A DNA stretch of 64,000 bases from Squalus acanthias. Taxonomy: Eukaryota. The translations under genes and the position numbers were made by a program. The DNA lies in contig CM059435.1 of assembly GCA_030390025.1 (NCBI GenBank), forward strand, positions 89,218,001 to 89,282,000. The letters run 5' to 3'. The notes under the pieces are model-generated. The model saw only the letters and a list, made by a program, of their open reading frames with translations. It made no database searches and was not told the origin of the DNA. Shown here piece after piece: positions 1 to 11,918 of the stretch (position 1 is its first letter; every line of letters begins with the position of its first letter).

Positions 1-2012
1 GGGCTCCACCTTGGGGAGATAGGCGTCCACCTTGGACAGATTCATGGACTGAATAGACAGGGACTTTCAAGGAATTATTCATCTTCTGCACTCTGCTCTG
101 CCACAGATCAGTGGAAGTGATAAGCCCCAGTCCCACGGGAGTGGCAGTGGCGCAATGTGAACTGTATGTGTTGCCTTCTCAGGCTGTCAGCATGTCTGTT
201 CCTTCATCACCCCCTCAATGAATACCCGCCATGGTGCCAGCAAATCAGTCAGACAGCCCCGGCAGCAGCCGAGGTGCAGCAGTCAGCAGCCGGGCCCTCA
301 CAGGCTGGTCCACCTAGAAGTCAGTGGCCCTGAGCATCTCAAGGCTCCCATCAGGAGCAACAGCAGCCTTCCACCAACTTTGGTGAAGCCACTAATGGAG
401 CACCTCATAGGTGTAGTAGAGTTCTTATAAGAAAGGCACAGTGGGTTGACATTTGAGTGAGAAATTAATGGAAAGTAATTATTGTGTTGGGAATTGAATT
501 CATCACATTTGGCATTTTGGTCGGCCGTATGTTTTTAAAGCAGCTTCAGAGTCCACATTGTCAGTATGTCATTGATATAGACGTTGGCTGAATGGTTTCA
601 ATGTTTTTTAATGCAGGATTAAGGGAGTGGTGAAGGATGTAACTAGGACTGTTAATGCAGAGGGGCTTTGTGTTAGTTTTCAGGACAGGGGAATTAGCAG
701 GTCATCGGAATCGCTGAGCAATTAACTCATCCCTCGCATCTCTGGCTGTAAGGTGTTGAGGTGGCCCTCCTTCTTCTGCTGCTTTCTCACCTTCTCCCGA
801 TCTTCCTCATTTGGTGATGATTGCTGCTGCTTCTCTGCCTCCTTCAAATGCAGGTCTTTCTGTATTGCAAGGTTTTGCAGGAAGCAGCACACCACTATGA
901 TGTGAGCGACTCATTGTGGGGCATACTGTAGGGAGCCCATGACCTGTCCAGACATCTGAGCCTCTGCTGGTGTTCTCAATAATGATCCTGGTGGTCCGAT
1001 GGCATTGATTAAACCTGTGTTGCTCAGATGTGGTGGGGCTGCGGAGGGGTGTCATGAGCCATGTTTGTAGGGTGTATCCTTTGTCCCCCAGAAGCCACCG
1101 TGTCACGTTGGTGGAAGGTTTGAATATTTGGGGGATGGTTGAGTTCCACAGAGTAAATTCATCGTGACAGCTGCCTGGTTAGCTTACACAAATTTGCATG
1201 ATCCTATTTTGTTGATTGTTCAGCTCAATGGCAAAAGCAATGTACTGGTTAGTCCTGGTGAACAGGGCATTGGGTACTGCAAACTAGGAGATGTGGGTGA
1301 TGTCCCCTGTAGCAGACTGGAAGGAGCCAGTGGCAAAGAAGTTAAGGGCTGTAGTGACTGACAGCCATTGGTAAAGCATGGTTCCCTGGTTCACCAGGCA
1401 ACATGTCCTTTTGTTAGAGGTTGCAGAAGTCTGCAACAGCCTGCTTGGAGAAGTGCAGCCTCCTGATGCACTGCTTCACAGATAGATCCAAGAAAGTGAT
1501 TCTTGGCCTGTACATCCTGTGTGCTGCTGGTGGTGCTGGTTGCTGAGGCTGCGCCTGCTAATCTTCTTCCCCCAACTGGTGCTCCATCCAAATGAAATTG
1601 GTAATAATAACCAGATAAAGCTTACTGAGGGTAAGCAAGACAACAAAAGTGAGAAAGAAGCAATCTGGAAGCTAAAAACTCCCCTGGCAATCCAAACAAC
1701 ATAATGGCACACAGATCCTTTTACCAAATTACCTGCAAGTAAGCACCCCTTTAAATACTGCTTCAGTGGCTCTGAGGGACCAATCCCAGTTGGTTTTACG
1801 GGCAGGTTGGGTATTGGGTGAATTTCCATGAGTTTGTGTAAAATGGTGTTGGGGTCCTAATTGTGTCATAGGACCCCAATTTGCATGAATTTATAAGGGC
1901 CTCGTCTGCCTTGGGTGGGCGCCTCGGCCGACTCTGAAATCTTCCTTAAGCTCCACATGCATGATTGCTTGGTGTTTTGCCATGGAGACAACATATTTGA
2001 GAATTTCAATGC
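1..2012. mobile_element. Decayed PIF/Harbinger element, truncated by the window start (Myb-like C-terminal relic on +, transposase relic on -)
   Basis: Minus-strand peptide WLLGDKGYTLQTWLMTPLRSPTTSEQHRFNQCHRTTRIIIEN (807-1106) and upstream ALNFFATGSFQS-like sequence near 1300-1350. Region 170-420 resembles the Myb-gene 3' end at 4480-4740. Right boundary approximate. Confidence 0.8.
700..1590 (-). pseudogene. HARBI1-like Harbinger transposase pseudogene
   Basis: GDKGY motif and R..IE motif; frameshifts and deletions. Confidence 0.8.
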
Positions 2013-2918
2013 TATGTTCTTGTGCAGTTGCTCTGTAGCCAACTAACCAACCAAGTATGGACTTTCACACTTTGCCGTGTGTTTTATCTCAAACCAAAAT
2101 CTAAATAAAACATGGGGATGAAATTATAACATTGTGTAGTAATTGCACACTCATTTCAAATGGTGTATGCCCATGCCCAGAGCTAGAAGTACAAATTTAA
2201 TTATCATGGTAGACATGTTGAAATCAGGGACAAAAGAAATCTTCCAGATAAACTTGTGATTTTATATTTGTTACCAGTGTTAAGAAAATACAGTATACAA
2301 TTTGTCTATCTCCTTGTGCTTTTGTTTCCAGCAAAACTTTTGGTCCATTTTTGAGGAGAAATAGCACCTCAGCACTGAAAGGACCAACACACCTCACTTC
2401 TGACCAGTTCCTCCTGTTGCATAGTTGGACTAGCTCCCGAACATTGTTTTTTTATGGAGACAAAAGTATTATTTGCATTGCATCTAGAGCCAAGCCTTAA
2501 ATTACGCCAGTGCTGGATCTAATGCTATAAGTGTGCTGACACATTCAGTGTTTAGAATCTAAGGGGACGAAATTCATTATCGCCCAGGAATGGGCGCTAA
2601 CTTCGGAAAAGTTTGAGATTTAGCGCCAGGTGCTAATGAATCTCGCTGCATGCAAAATTCAGTGTCATCGCTCAAAGAAAGGATGGGAGCGCTAATCAAG
2701 CACTAGTGACCTAGCTCAGTGGCGTTAGACTCCAAGCTAAGCAATTTCAGGTGCAGTCTAATCGTTAGCCATCATTGCCACAGGCTCTTTCCAGTTCTTA
2801 AAGGGGAGGTTCAATCATGCTGCAGAACCTCATTCTCAGCATTGCTGGTTCTGCAGCTGTCACAGCAAGCAGCAGAAGGCCCAGGAGAAGGAACCTGACC
2901 ATTGAAGGAGGTGACATT

Positions 2919-4785
2919 ATGGCAGATCAACGGCCCAGGGAGCGAGCTCACAGATTCTGGGACCAAGCATCGGAGGCGTTGGTCTTCACTGTGGAGAGAC
3001 GGAGGGCGGTGCTCTACCCGGCAAGTGGCAGGAGGCCCTCGCCACAAGTCTTCCGCGCCATGTGGAGGGAGGTTGCCCAACAGGTCTCGGGCAGCACTGT
3101 GGTCCCCAGGACCCACACACAGTGCAGGAAGAAATTTAACAACCTCACTCGGGTGGTCAGGGTGAGTCAATGCTTCAACAAATGCTACATACCACCATCT
3201 GAACCTCAGTCTGCACACGCTGCCCAAAGAACCACACCCACCAAAAATCTCCACCTAGCATACATTCACACCCACATCTCACACTTTGCCACAATTACAG
3301 CTATTTAACTATGGTAGGCACATCTCCCAAACACCTTGCTCCACACTCATTCACACACTTTCCTCTCTCTTGCAGGCCAAGGTCGCTCACAAGAGAGGGA
3401 GCAGGAGTGCACAGGCAGGGGACAAGCCGACACCCAACCACTGTCTGAGCTGGAGGAAAGAGTGCTGCAGATCATTGGGCGCCAGGTGGTGGGCGCCGTG
3501 GCCACTGGCGACGTTGACCCCCTTGGGGAAACAATAGGTATGGTCATCCCTACTCCTTCTTCTCACATCCCACTTCCCTCTCACCCCACAAGCCTTTCCC
3601 ACTTTCCAGCTAATCATGCTGTATGCATGCATTTCTCCCTTCCTGCCCCCTCCCCTCACCTTAACCCGTCTCTTGGGCCTTTAATCTTTCAGATAATGAG
3701 CAAACAGCTGAGCAGCCTGTCCCTGAGAGTACCATAGAGAGCGAGATGGGAGAAGAGGAGGAGGAAGAACACATCGCGTCACTGCATGTCTCACCTGCAG
3801 GCACCAGCTCAGATACTGGCACTACACATTCTTTAGAGGCTAGTATAGCAGCGGGATCTGCAAAGGGTGATGCACCGGGGGTGAGCGGGCTGCAGCAAGG
3901 CCGGGGGTGAAAGGATAGCTTGGGAGTCAGCTCCCCGGAGGGCGAGTTCTGCTGCACAGGACTCAGATGAGGACCTTGATGAGGAGGCCTTTAGAAGAAG
4001 GGTGATGGGCATTCACACGGAGATGATAGATGCAATGGCAAGGGTGCCCTGAGAGCCTCTCAGCAATGGTAAGGAGCATGGAGGAGTCCGCCTCAACATT
4101 GCACAGAGCTCTGTGCACACCATGGAGCCAATCATTTGTAGTCTGCAAAGGATGGTGGACTCCCAGAGAGATCATGGCGACCCAGACCTCATGCCTCGTG
4201 TGATGGGCGATGTCACAGCTTCCATTGCAGCACAGGTGGAAGCCACGCAACATCTTAGTGCTGTAATGCAGTCTATGCTTGGTGGCATCCAATCTCAGAC
4301 TGCTCTCATGCAGTCTCAGCTTGATGCCACGCAAGCTATGACTGCTGCCATTGTGGCTGGGTCAACCACCGTCCACCGGGGCTTTCACGGTGTCGCAGCA
4401 GGCCAGCAATCTGTGCTCCTGCAGATTGGCAGTGATGCTGAGGTGCTGCCCCGGGGGAGTGGCAGTGGGTCAGTGGAGCAGGAAGCTGCTGTCTTCTCTC
4501 AGTAGGACAGCATTCCTGCTCCCACCACTAGCACTTCGCCATTGCCCTTGTCGCTGCCTGTCATCCAGCCAGCCCAGACTGCTGCCGTCCATGCTGAGGT
4601 GGTGCAGTCTACAGCCGGGCCTTCCAGGCACAGAGTCCTGCAAGGGCATCAGAAGTCTCCTGCACGGACACTCAGCAGCCTTCCACCCGCCGTGCTGTAG
4701 CCACTGGGCCAACACTTCGTAGGTGCACTAGAGTAGGCAAAGGCACTATAACGAGGGGCACTAAGGGACTGCACAAGGGTGAATA
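2919..4785 (+). pseudogene. Harbinger Myb/SANT-like DNA-binding protein gene, 3 exons (2919-3161, 3376-3537, 3693-~4785), disrupted
   Basis: MADQRPRERAHRFWDQASEALV..W.EVA..V......RT..QCRKKFNNL trihelix motif; GT-AG introns (gtgagt 3162, tgcag 3375; gtatgg 3538, ttcag 3692); frameshifts and stops in exons 2 and 3. Confidence 0.88.
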
Positions 4786-4950
4786 GTTAATATTGTTCTT
4801 GTAAATATGTGTTCACTGATTATTGATAAATTTATAATTGGCTTTGGATGATTTTGTGGTGTCTCTCATTTCAGCTTTGCGCTGTGATATGGCCTGCGAC
4901 AGGGAGGGAATGATGGGGATGCGGTGAGCTATGGGGATCTGGGGTTTAAT

Positions 4951-6123
4951 TTATTGGAATCGCAGTCTGATGAGGTGGTCACAGACCGCCCTTCAGAAGG
5001 CCGATTGAGTGGCTGCCTCCTCCCTCGCTCTTGTTCCTCCTCCTCCTCCTCCTCCTCCTCTTCCTCTTCCTCCTTGTCCTCCTCCTCCTCTCCCTCCTCC
5101 TGAGGTGGTCCCGCAATCCCTGGTGGCAAGGGCTGGGCCCTCATGATGGCCAAGTTGTGGAGCATGCAGCAGACCACGACGAAATGGGACACCTGCTCCG
5201 GCGAGTACTGGAGGGCTCTTCCCAAGCGGTCAAAGCAGCAGAACCGTTGCTTGAGCACCCCGATGGTATGCTCGATGATGTTCCTGGCAGCAGCCTGGCT
5301 CTCATTATATGAGTGCTGAGCAGGAGTGCTGGGGTTGGGTGGGGAGTCATGAGCCAGGTGGAGAGCGGATAGCCCTTGTCTCTGACCAGCCAGCCGTGAG
5401 CTTGATGTGGCGGTTGGAAGAGTGCTGGCACCGGTCTGGCGCAGGATAAAGGCATTGTGGATAGCAGGCATTCACATTGAGGATTCGCTGTCTGTGGTCG
5501 CACACCAACTGCACATTAAGTGAGTGGTAGCCTTTGCTGTTACGGAAGACCTCAGGATTGTTACGTGGTGCGCGCAAAGCCACCTGGGTGCGGTCAATGG
5601 CGCCCTGCACCATGGGGAAGCCCACTATCCGGGCAAAGCCACATGTACATTCGTCCTGCTTCTTTCTGGTGATGGGGAAGGAAATGTAGTCCCTTCTCCT
5701 ACTGTAGAGAGCCTCTGTGACCTCCCGGATGCAGCGATGGACGGCGAACTGCGAGATGTTCACTATATCTCCTGTTGCAGACTGGAAGGAACCACTGGCG
5801 AAGAAATTGAGGGCGACGGTAACCTTGAGTGCCACTGAGAGAGCCGTGGTTGACCTGATCTGAGGCTCGAGGTCTGGTTGCAGGAGGTGGCAGAGATCGG
5901 TGACCACATCCATGCTGAAACGGAGCCTTCTAATGCACTGCTCCTCACTCAATTGGAGATAGGAGAATTGCTCTCGGAATACCCTCGGAGGGTAAGGCCT
6001 CCTGTTGAGAGCCCTGATGGCCCGCCTCCTCCCTCTGGCCACATCTTGCAATCTTTCTCGCTGCCTCCCCTCCGTCCACAGCAGATCCTGGAGGGCGAGG
6101 GCGACTGCCAGTACAGCCCCCAT
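4951..6123 (-). pseudogene. HARBI1-like DDE transposase, frameshifted
   Basis: ORFs 5347-6144, 5141-5503 and 4929-5471 contain [60 protein letters not shown] and an acidic tail; a deletion removes GSS of the GSSHD motif near 5460. Confidence 0.93.
5033..5100. repeat. (CCT)n-rich microsatellite encoding the poly-Glu tail of the transposase
   Basis: tcctcctcctcc... run seen directly. Confidence 0.9.
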
Positions 6124-6618
6124 TAATGTAATGATGTGTAGCACTTCGAAATTTTGTCAGAATAAATGTAACAAATTTTTAGTAGCCACAACACTCCTGA
6201 TACTAAAGAACCTTTAAATGACTGAATTAAACTCTTGCACAATCACAAACTGACAAGGAAGCAGTGAAACAGCACTAACCTGACAGCTGTGACTGATCCC
6301 TTTAAATAGCGCCCCTGGAGCTGCCATCCACCTGCTTTACGCCTCCTCTTCCTGCCATTGTCGGGGTGAGGCGCTAAGGCAGGGGGGCGATAATCAATTT
6401 GGCAGATCGGGTGCTCAGTGAGCATTGCACGCTCACTGACATCATGATCTGCCTGGCGCTAAAGCCCCAGGTGCTAACTGTTAACAGCAGTGCTAAGGGG
6501 CAACTGGATTTGGCGTGTGGCGCTGGATTCGCCTCGCCCCGGCACTACTTCATTAGCACCCAGTTAGAGCCCCCGTCATGCGCTAAAGGAAGGCGCTAAC
6601 CAACCGAATTTCTCCCCC

Positions 6619-6900
6619 ATAGAATCATAGAAGTTTATGACACAGAAGGAGGCCATTCGGCCCATCATGTCTGTGCCGGCCGAAAAAAAGCTATCCAGCC
6701 TAATCCCACTTTCTAACTCTTGGTCCGTAGCCTTGTAGGTTGTAGGTTACGGCACTTCAAGTGCATATCCAAGTACCTTTAAATGCGATTAGGGTTTCTG
6801 CCTCTACCACCCTTTCAAGGCAGTGAGTTCCAGATCCCCACCACCCTCTGGGTGAAAACATTTCTCAATTCCCCTATATTCCTTCTACAAATTACTTTAA
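6619..6900 (-). mobile_element. CR1 LINE 3' end
   Basis: Reverse tail catagaatcatagaa..acagaaggaggccattcggcccatc and FTQRVV-coding sequence, as in the other CR1 copies. Confidence 0.85.
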
Positions 6901-7124
6901 ATAGTTGACAGTAATGATCACTTGAGGAATCAAACTCTTGATTTCAAATGCATTCAATTAGATAGAAAAGACTCAAAAATTTTGTACTTACCACTCGAAA
7001 TTTTAAATATCAACAGAGAGTCAGATTCCTGGCAACAGTGTAGTTGTTGCTGCTTACAACACATCTCATCTTTCCTCTACCTGCTAGTGTCTGATACAGT
7101 TTCATTTTCGAAGAGTGTGAAGTT

Positions 7125-7500
7125 ATGAGCTCCTGCATTCCGAGTGGGTATATGCACCATACTGTGGACCTGAATCATATAGAGCAGTCAGGTCCAAGTT
7201 TGATCTAGGCAGAGTTAACTGATCTCAGTGCAGCCGACAGGCATTAAATCTCATCCCACTTCAAACAGGGATGGAAAATAAATGTCAGCCAGGGTTTATA
7301 CCCTCCCTGATTAAGAGGAACAGACACACATATGTTCTTATGTTCAGACATGGACAGGAACAGCCTCAGTTGTGGCAGCCACCACATGGTTAAATAGCCT
7401 CTCAACATCCACTGTTTAGAGTCACACACAAAGAATGCTCACTTAGAAAATGTACTGGAGAAAATGTACTGGTTTGCGCTGTGGAGCCACATTCCAAGTT
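7125..7500 (+). mobile_element. Old tRNA-type SINE, UCON3-like, degenerate
   Basis: gagttaactgatctcag, cagccagggtt, aaatagcct..cactgtttag..tcacaca..aagaatg blocks; homologous to the reverse copy at 35325-35590. Family name from recall. Confidence 0.5.
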
Positions 7501-7746
7501 CCAGCTAAGGTGCATCTGATGATAATGTAAGGAACAAAAACAAGTCAAACAGCCAAAACAGCATAATAAAAGATTATAGAATCAGAAGTAGTAATATCTG
7601 AAGTCATCTCTGTGTTAATTTTTTTATAAGTAGTTATTGAAATTGCTAACAAGAGTGTGCAATAATAGACATGTAATTCCTGAGCTTTTCTGTCAAAATA
7701 TAATGATGTTTCTAGAAATTGTAAAAGTCAAGATCAAGGAGATTAT

Positions 7747-8490
7747 GGGCCGAAAATTGATCCCGGGACACGAGAGTACGCACTGCGTACTCTCGCGTAT
7801 TCCCACTCCAATTGCCGGTTTTCTGCATGCCCTGCGCATGCGCTGAAAACCGGCAATTGCTCTTCTGAAAAGGGGGCGGGTCCTCGGTGCATCGCGTGCG
7901 CGCTACAGGCTGCGCGCACGCTGTGCACTTCATGCTTTGGACGCGCAGGTAAGTACGGAAGATTTTGGAAATGTAAAAAGGAGGAGTAAGACCCGCTTTT
8001 AAGAAGGTAAGTAGTGAATGAAGTATTTTTTTGAATTTTTTTTTACAGGTATATCTTTTTTAGAGACTTTAAAGACAGGTAAGTTTATTTTTATAACTTT
8101 TTAAAAGATTTTAAATTTTTTCAAAAATTTAATTTTTTATTTAAAATGGTTAATTTAATTAACTATACTTATTTTATTAATGTGATGGGTTTTTTTTTAA
8201 ATTTAATTGAGGTTTAGCTGTTATTTTGGGGGGGAGTAAGATTCATAGATTTCACAGCCGTGCTGTGAAACTTATGAATGGAAGATGGTGTGCTGCCATT
8301 GGCTCTAACTGAGTCACGTGATCCCACAGCTCGCACGAATTCACTACGCCGCTGGGATACGCAAGCACTGCCCAGCTGATCTCTAGAACATGAAGTTCGT
8401 GCGAGCTGGATCTGAAAAAGCACAAGCGAGGTGAGAGATCGCGGGAAAGCCTTACCCCCGCGGGAACAGAGCGAGATCAATTTCTGGGCC
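7747..8490 (+). mobile_element. Harbinger-type MITE, family A
   Basis: TIRs GGGCCGAAAATTG / CAATTTCTGGGCC, TSD TAT/TAT; homologous to 50387-51139 and 53807-54576. Confidence 0.9.
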
Positions 8491-8971
8491 TATATTTTCC
8501 AATACACTAATCATGTCAAGTAATGTGGTTTTTATTATCAATTTTACCAGAACTTTTTTTTTAAAAGTCAGTGAAAACACAAGAGGTAACATGTGGCAGG
8601 CTGGAATAGGAAACTTATTTGCAATTCTAATTTCAAAAGGAATGGGTGCATTTAGATATTGTAAATATTGGGATCAAAGAGGCGGTAGTTTCAATGCTGC
8701 TTTTCCATCAATGCTGTCAACAAGAGTCCTTTCAGATACAGCCTTTTATTGTCCAGTCCCTTAGAGTTCATATTTGTACTGCAAACAAGCATGCTTTATA
8801 CACAGAACACAAACAAGCAGGAATGGTATCGCCAGCTGAGACAAGCTGGAAATTGAAGGACAGATGTAACACAGACAAATGAAATGTACCTAAAGCTTTC
8901 CGATTGCGAAGTCTCATTTATTGGTGCTCCTGTACTGACGCAGTCATTATTTGAGAAGTTTGCTACATTTT

Positions 8972-9712
8972 GGCCTGGAATTTGAGCTCCTAATGATGGC
9001 GAAATGGCAGTGTTTGCTGTCATTTCGCCTTTGAAACTGACCGCAACTTCAGGATGTAGCGTGTGTGCAGCCTAATGCGGAAATCCTGAAGTTGCGGTCT
9101 GTCATTCACTGCTCCTCCACAGGCTGCACTGAGCACCCCACCCCCACCACAGAGCCGGCAATCAGTGAAATCTCTCAAATCATGGAAACGGACGAAAATT
9201 TTGGCTTTTCCGCAGTAATTACGCTGTTAAATACCCCATTAAAAGTTAGACCCTTTTAGATTAGGTGCAACTGGGGTTTTAACAGCGTATTGACAAAGGT
9301 TATGGCCCTGAAAAACTAATTTTAATTTTGTGCAGTAAAAATTAAAATTTATAAGAAACTTGAAAACATTTAAATTAAAAAAAAGTGTTCACCTTTATTT
9401 CAGGTTTGCCTTTTCCCCATGTGAGAGCCCAAATCTTTGTCTAGCTCTCGCTAACATTTTTAAAAAGTTAGAATTTTAGGAGCTTACCCATTTCCTGTCT
9501 GTGAGAATTCTGCATTTTGGTTGGCTGCTTAGACAGCTTGTTGACGTCACAGCAGCTCTTTGCTGAGAATCCCCATTAACTTCCGTTGATTTCAACTACA
9601 CGTTGGAAAACCCGAAATTCCCGACACAGAGATCGTGAGGTCTTTGTATGACGCTTACTTCGGGGCCAACGGCGAACGCCTTTGCTTCGCCGCTGATCGC
9701 AAATTCCGGGCC
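8972..9712 (+). mobile_element. Harbinger-type MITE, family B
   Basis: TIRs GGCCTGGAATTTG / CAAATTCCGGGCC, flanks TTT/ATT; internal palindrome gcaacttc..gaagttgc shared with 52593-53742. Confidence 0.85.
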
Positions 9713-9939
9713 ATTATCTTAACTGTATACTCCCGCCCCTTACTCAGAACTCTTTAAGCTCAGACTTCCAGTCCAGCAGCTCCTGGCAGGGGGTGGGGGG
9801 TGGCGGGGAGGCGGAAGTTAAAAAAATAGCATCAGGGCACAGAAACACCGAAAAACTCAAATATCGGCAGGAGTAAAGCAAAAGGAACACAGGCTGCATT
9901 GGGAGCTACCCAAATCAGTAACAAGTTCTACTGAAATGG

Positions 9940-10078
9940 GAAAATACTCTCCACTTGCCTGGATGGGTGCAGCTCCAACAACACTGAAGTACACTCACCA
10001 CCTTCTTAAGAGCAATTAGCAATGGGCAATAAATGCTGGCCTTTCCAGCGACGCCCACATCCCGTGAATGAATTAAAA
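9940..10078 (+). mobile_element. Non-LTR retrotransposon 3' fragment
   Basis: gggcaataaatgctggcc..gacgcccacatccc..atgaat terminus resembling elasmobranch LINE 3' ends (recall). Confidence 0.5.
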
Positions 10079-10315
10079 AGAAGTTATCCCCTGGTGTTTT
10101 GGCCAATATTTATCCCTAAATCAACAGCACTAAAACAGATTATCTGGTCATTATTACATTGCTATTTGTGGGGCTTGCTGTGCGCAAATTGGCTGCCATG
10201 CTTCCTATATTATAACAGTGCCTACACTTCAAAAGTACTTCATTGGCTGTAAAAAAAAACACTTTGGGACATCCTGAGGTCATGAAAGGCGCTATATAAA
10301 TGCAAGTCTTTCTTT
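10079..10315 (+). mobile_element. DeuSINE (SacSINE1-like) 3' half
   Basis: Matches 15990-16220; ends aaggcgctatataaatgcaagtctttcttt. Confidence 0.85.
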
Positions 10316-11918
10316 ATAGGGCTGCATCCATATTTCCCCACATGATGAGCTCTGGGGAGTTAAGTAGAGGCCAGGTACTTACTTACAAGAAGTAAGGGAA
10401 GGGACTAATAAATCAGTTACATTAGAGCTATTCATCCCATTGTATTAATAGTACTTGCTCACTTGCTGTATGAATAGTAGGATGGGTTTGTCCACTAATA
10501 GTATGGCTTTGCTTTCTCTGTGCTAGTATAACCAATATTTGTCAAATTTACTCTACCCTTATCCAAGGCTACTACAGAATTAAGTCGTTTATATTGATGG
10601 AAGAATCATGTGTGTAGCCTATTACATTTCTGTCAGAACTTTACATCATCTGTCAAAGACTTATTTGCTTTTGTTGTTTGTGTACTAGACAAGGAGGCCA
10701 GCTGCTTCCTAGTATCAAGCCTGCATTGACACACATTGGTTCCACTTTAGCTAATTATAAAGCAGAACATAAGAACTCACATTGCAAGTAAATGTCTAAT
10801 TCTTTAGGCTTCCTTAGATTTCAATCTGTTTTCATTGTAACCCTAAATGAACTCAAGTTCAAGAACCAATGACCATAACTGCTTTGCTAGATGTTATAGT
10901 ATATTCTGATGTAAAGGAGTATTGATAGAAATGCTGATATTCAAAAATGACAGTGCATAAACTATCTGCATTTTTGTTCCAATTTAATTAAAAGAGAAAT
11001 GTTCCTGCTAAATCCCAAAGGTCATAATTTTCAACATGATTGGGTCAAGAGAACTGCAACAACATATTTCAATCAAACCAAGCTTGGCTCCCAGGCAATG
11101 TGAAGAACAGCAACGGAGATGACAGGTTCACCAGTATATCTGTAACTATACCCGAGCCAGACAGACGACATGGGGATGGTGGGGGGTAGGGAGGCTGAGT
11201 GCAAAATCAACATTAGGTTGAAAGTGTGCACTGTCTCTCTTTCAGTCAATCAATCAAATAATTATTTTCTTATTTGAAATAGAAATAATGAAAGAATACC
11301 ATTAGAAGTGATGGGGACCAGATGTTATTCGAGAAATATTTACCTCCATTCTCAGTGAGGTTCATATGCAGACATTTCTTTTTGTTTGAGTTGAACTGTT
11401 TTCCAATCCTTTCCAACAATAATAGCAAACAAATCACTTGGGCTTAGAATCATAAGATCTATGGCATAGAAATTGATGGTGTGAGCGCTGGCCGTTAAGG
11501 CCTGTTTTGGAAAAAAAATGGCGGCCGCCTCACTTCCGTCCACTGCCGGTGTCCGAGCCTGCTGGGGATATGTAGATTATGCAGATCGTGACGTCAGTGA
11601 GTGTGTAACGCTCACCTGACACCCGGTCTGCCATTTTCAAGTTCGCCGCTCCACTTACTGGCCTGTGTTAATTACGACCAGCTGACCAAGTGTTCACAAG
11701 CAGGACGGAGCCTCCAGCAGCGATATTTAAAGGGATCATCAACAACAATTTGCAGCTGACATGCTTTTTCAGTTTGACTGGCTCTGTGTAACTTTCTGTA
11801 ACTCTTGCAGCTTTCTAAACTTGTTTAAAGTTCCTAAGGTGACAGGGAGTGTTGGTGCAAGTGGAGAATGCCTTCATTCTTATTTATAGGCTTCTGCTTA
11901 CAACACTTGCTCACAGTC

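Larger units (their letters stand above)
2563..6618. mobile_element. Full-length PIF/Harbinger DNA transposon (decayed autonomous type)
   Basis: 13-bp TIRs GGGGACGAAATTC (2563) / GAATTTCTCCCCC (6606-6618), 11/13 match; encloses convergent Myb/SANT and DDE transposase genes. Confidence 0.92.

Noticed and set aside
4929-6144. Host HARBI1 gene
   Set aside because: Lies inside TIRs beside a Myb partner and is frameshifted; it is a transposon copy, not the domesticated gene.
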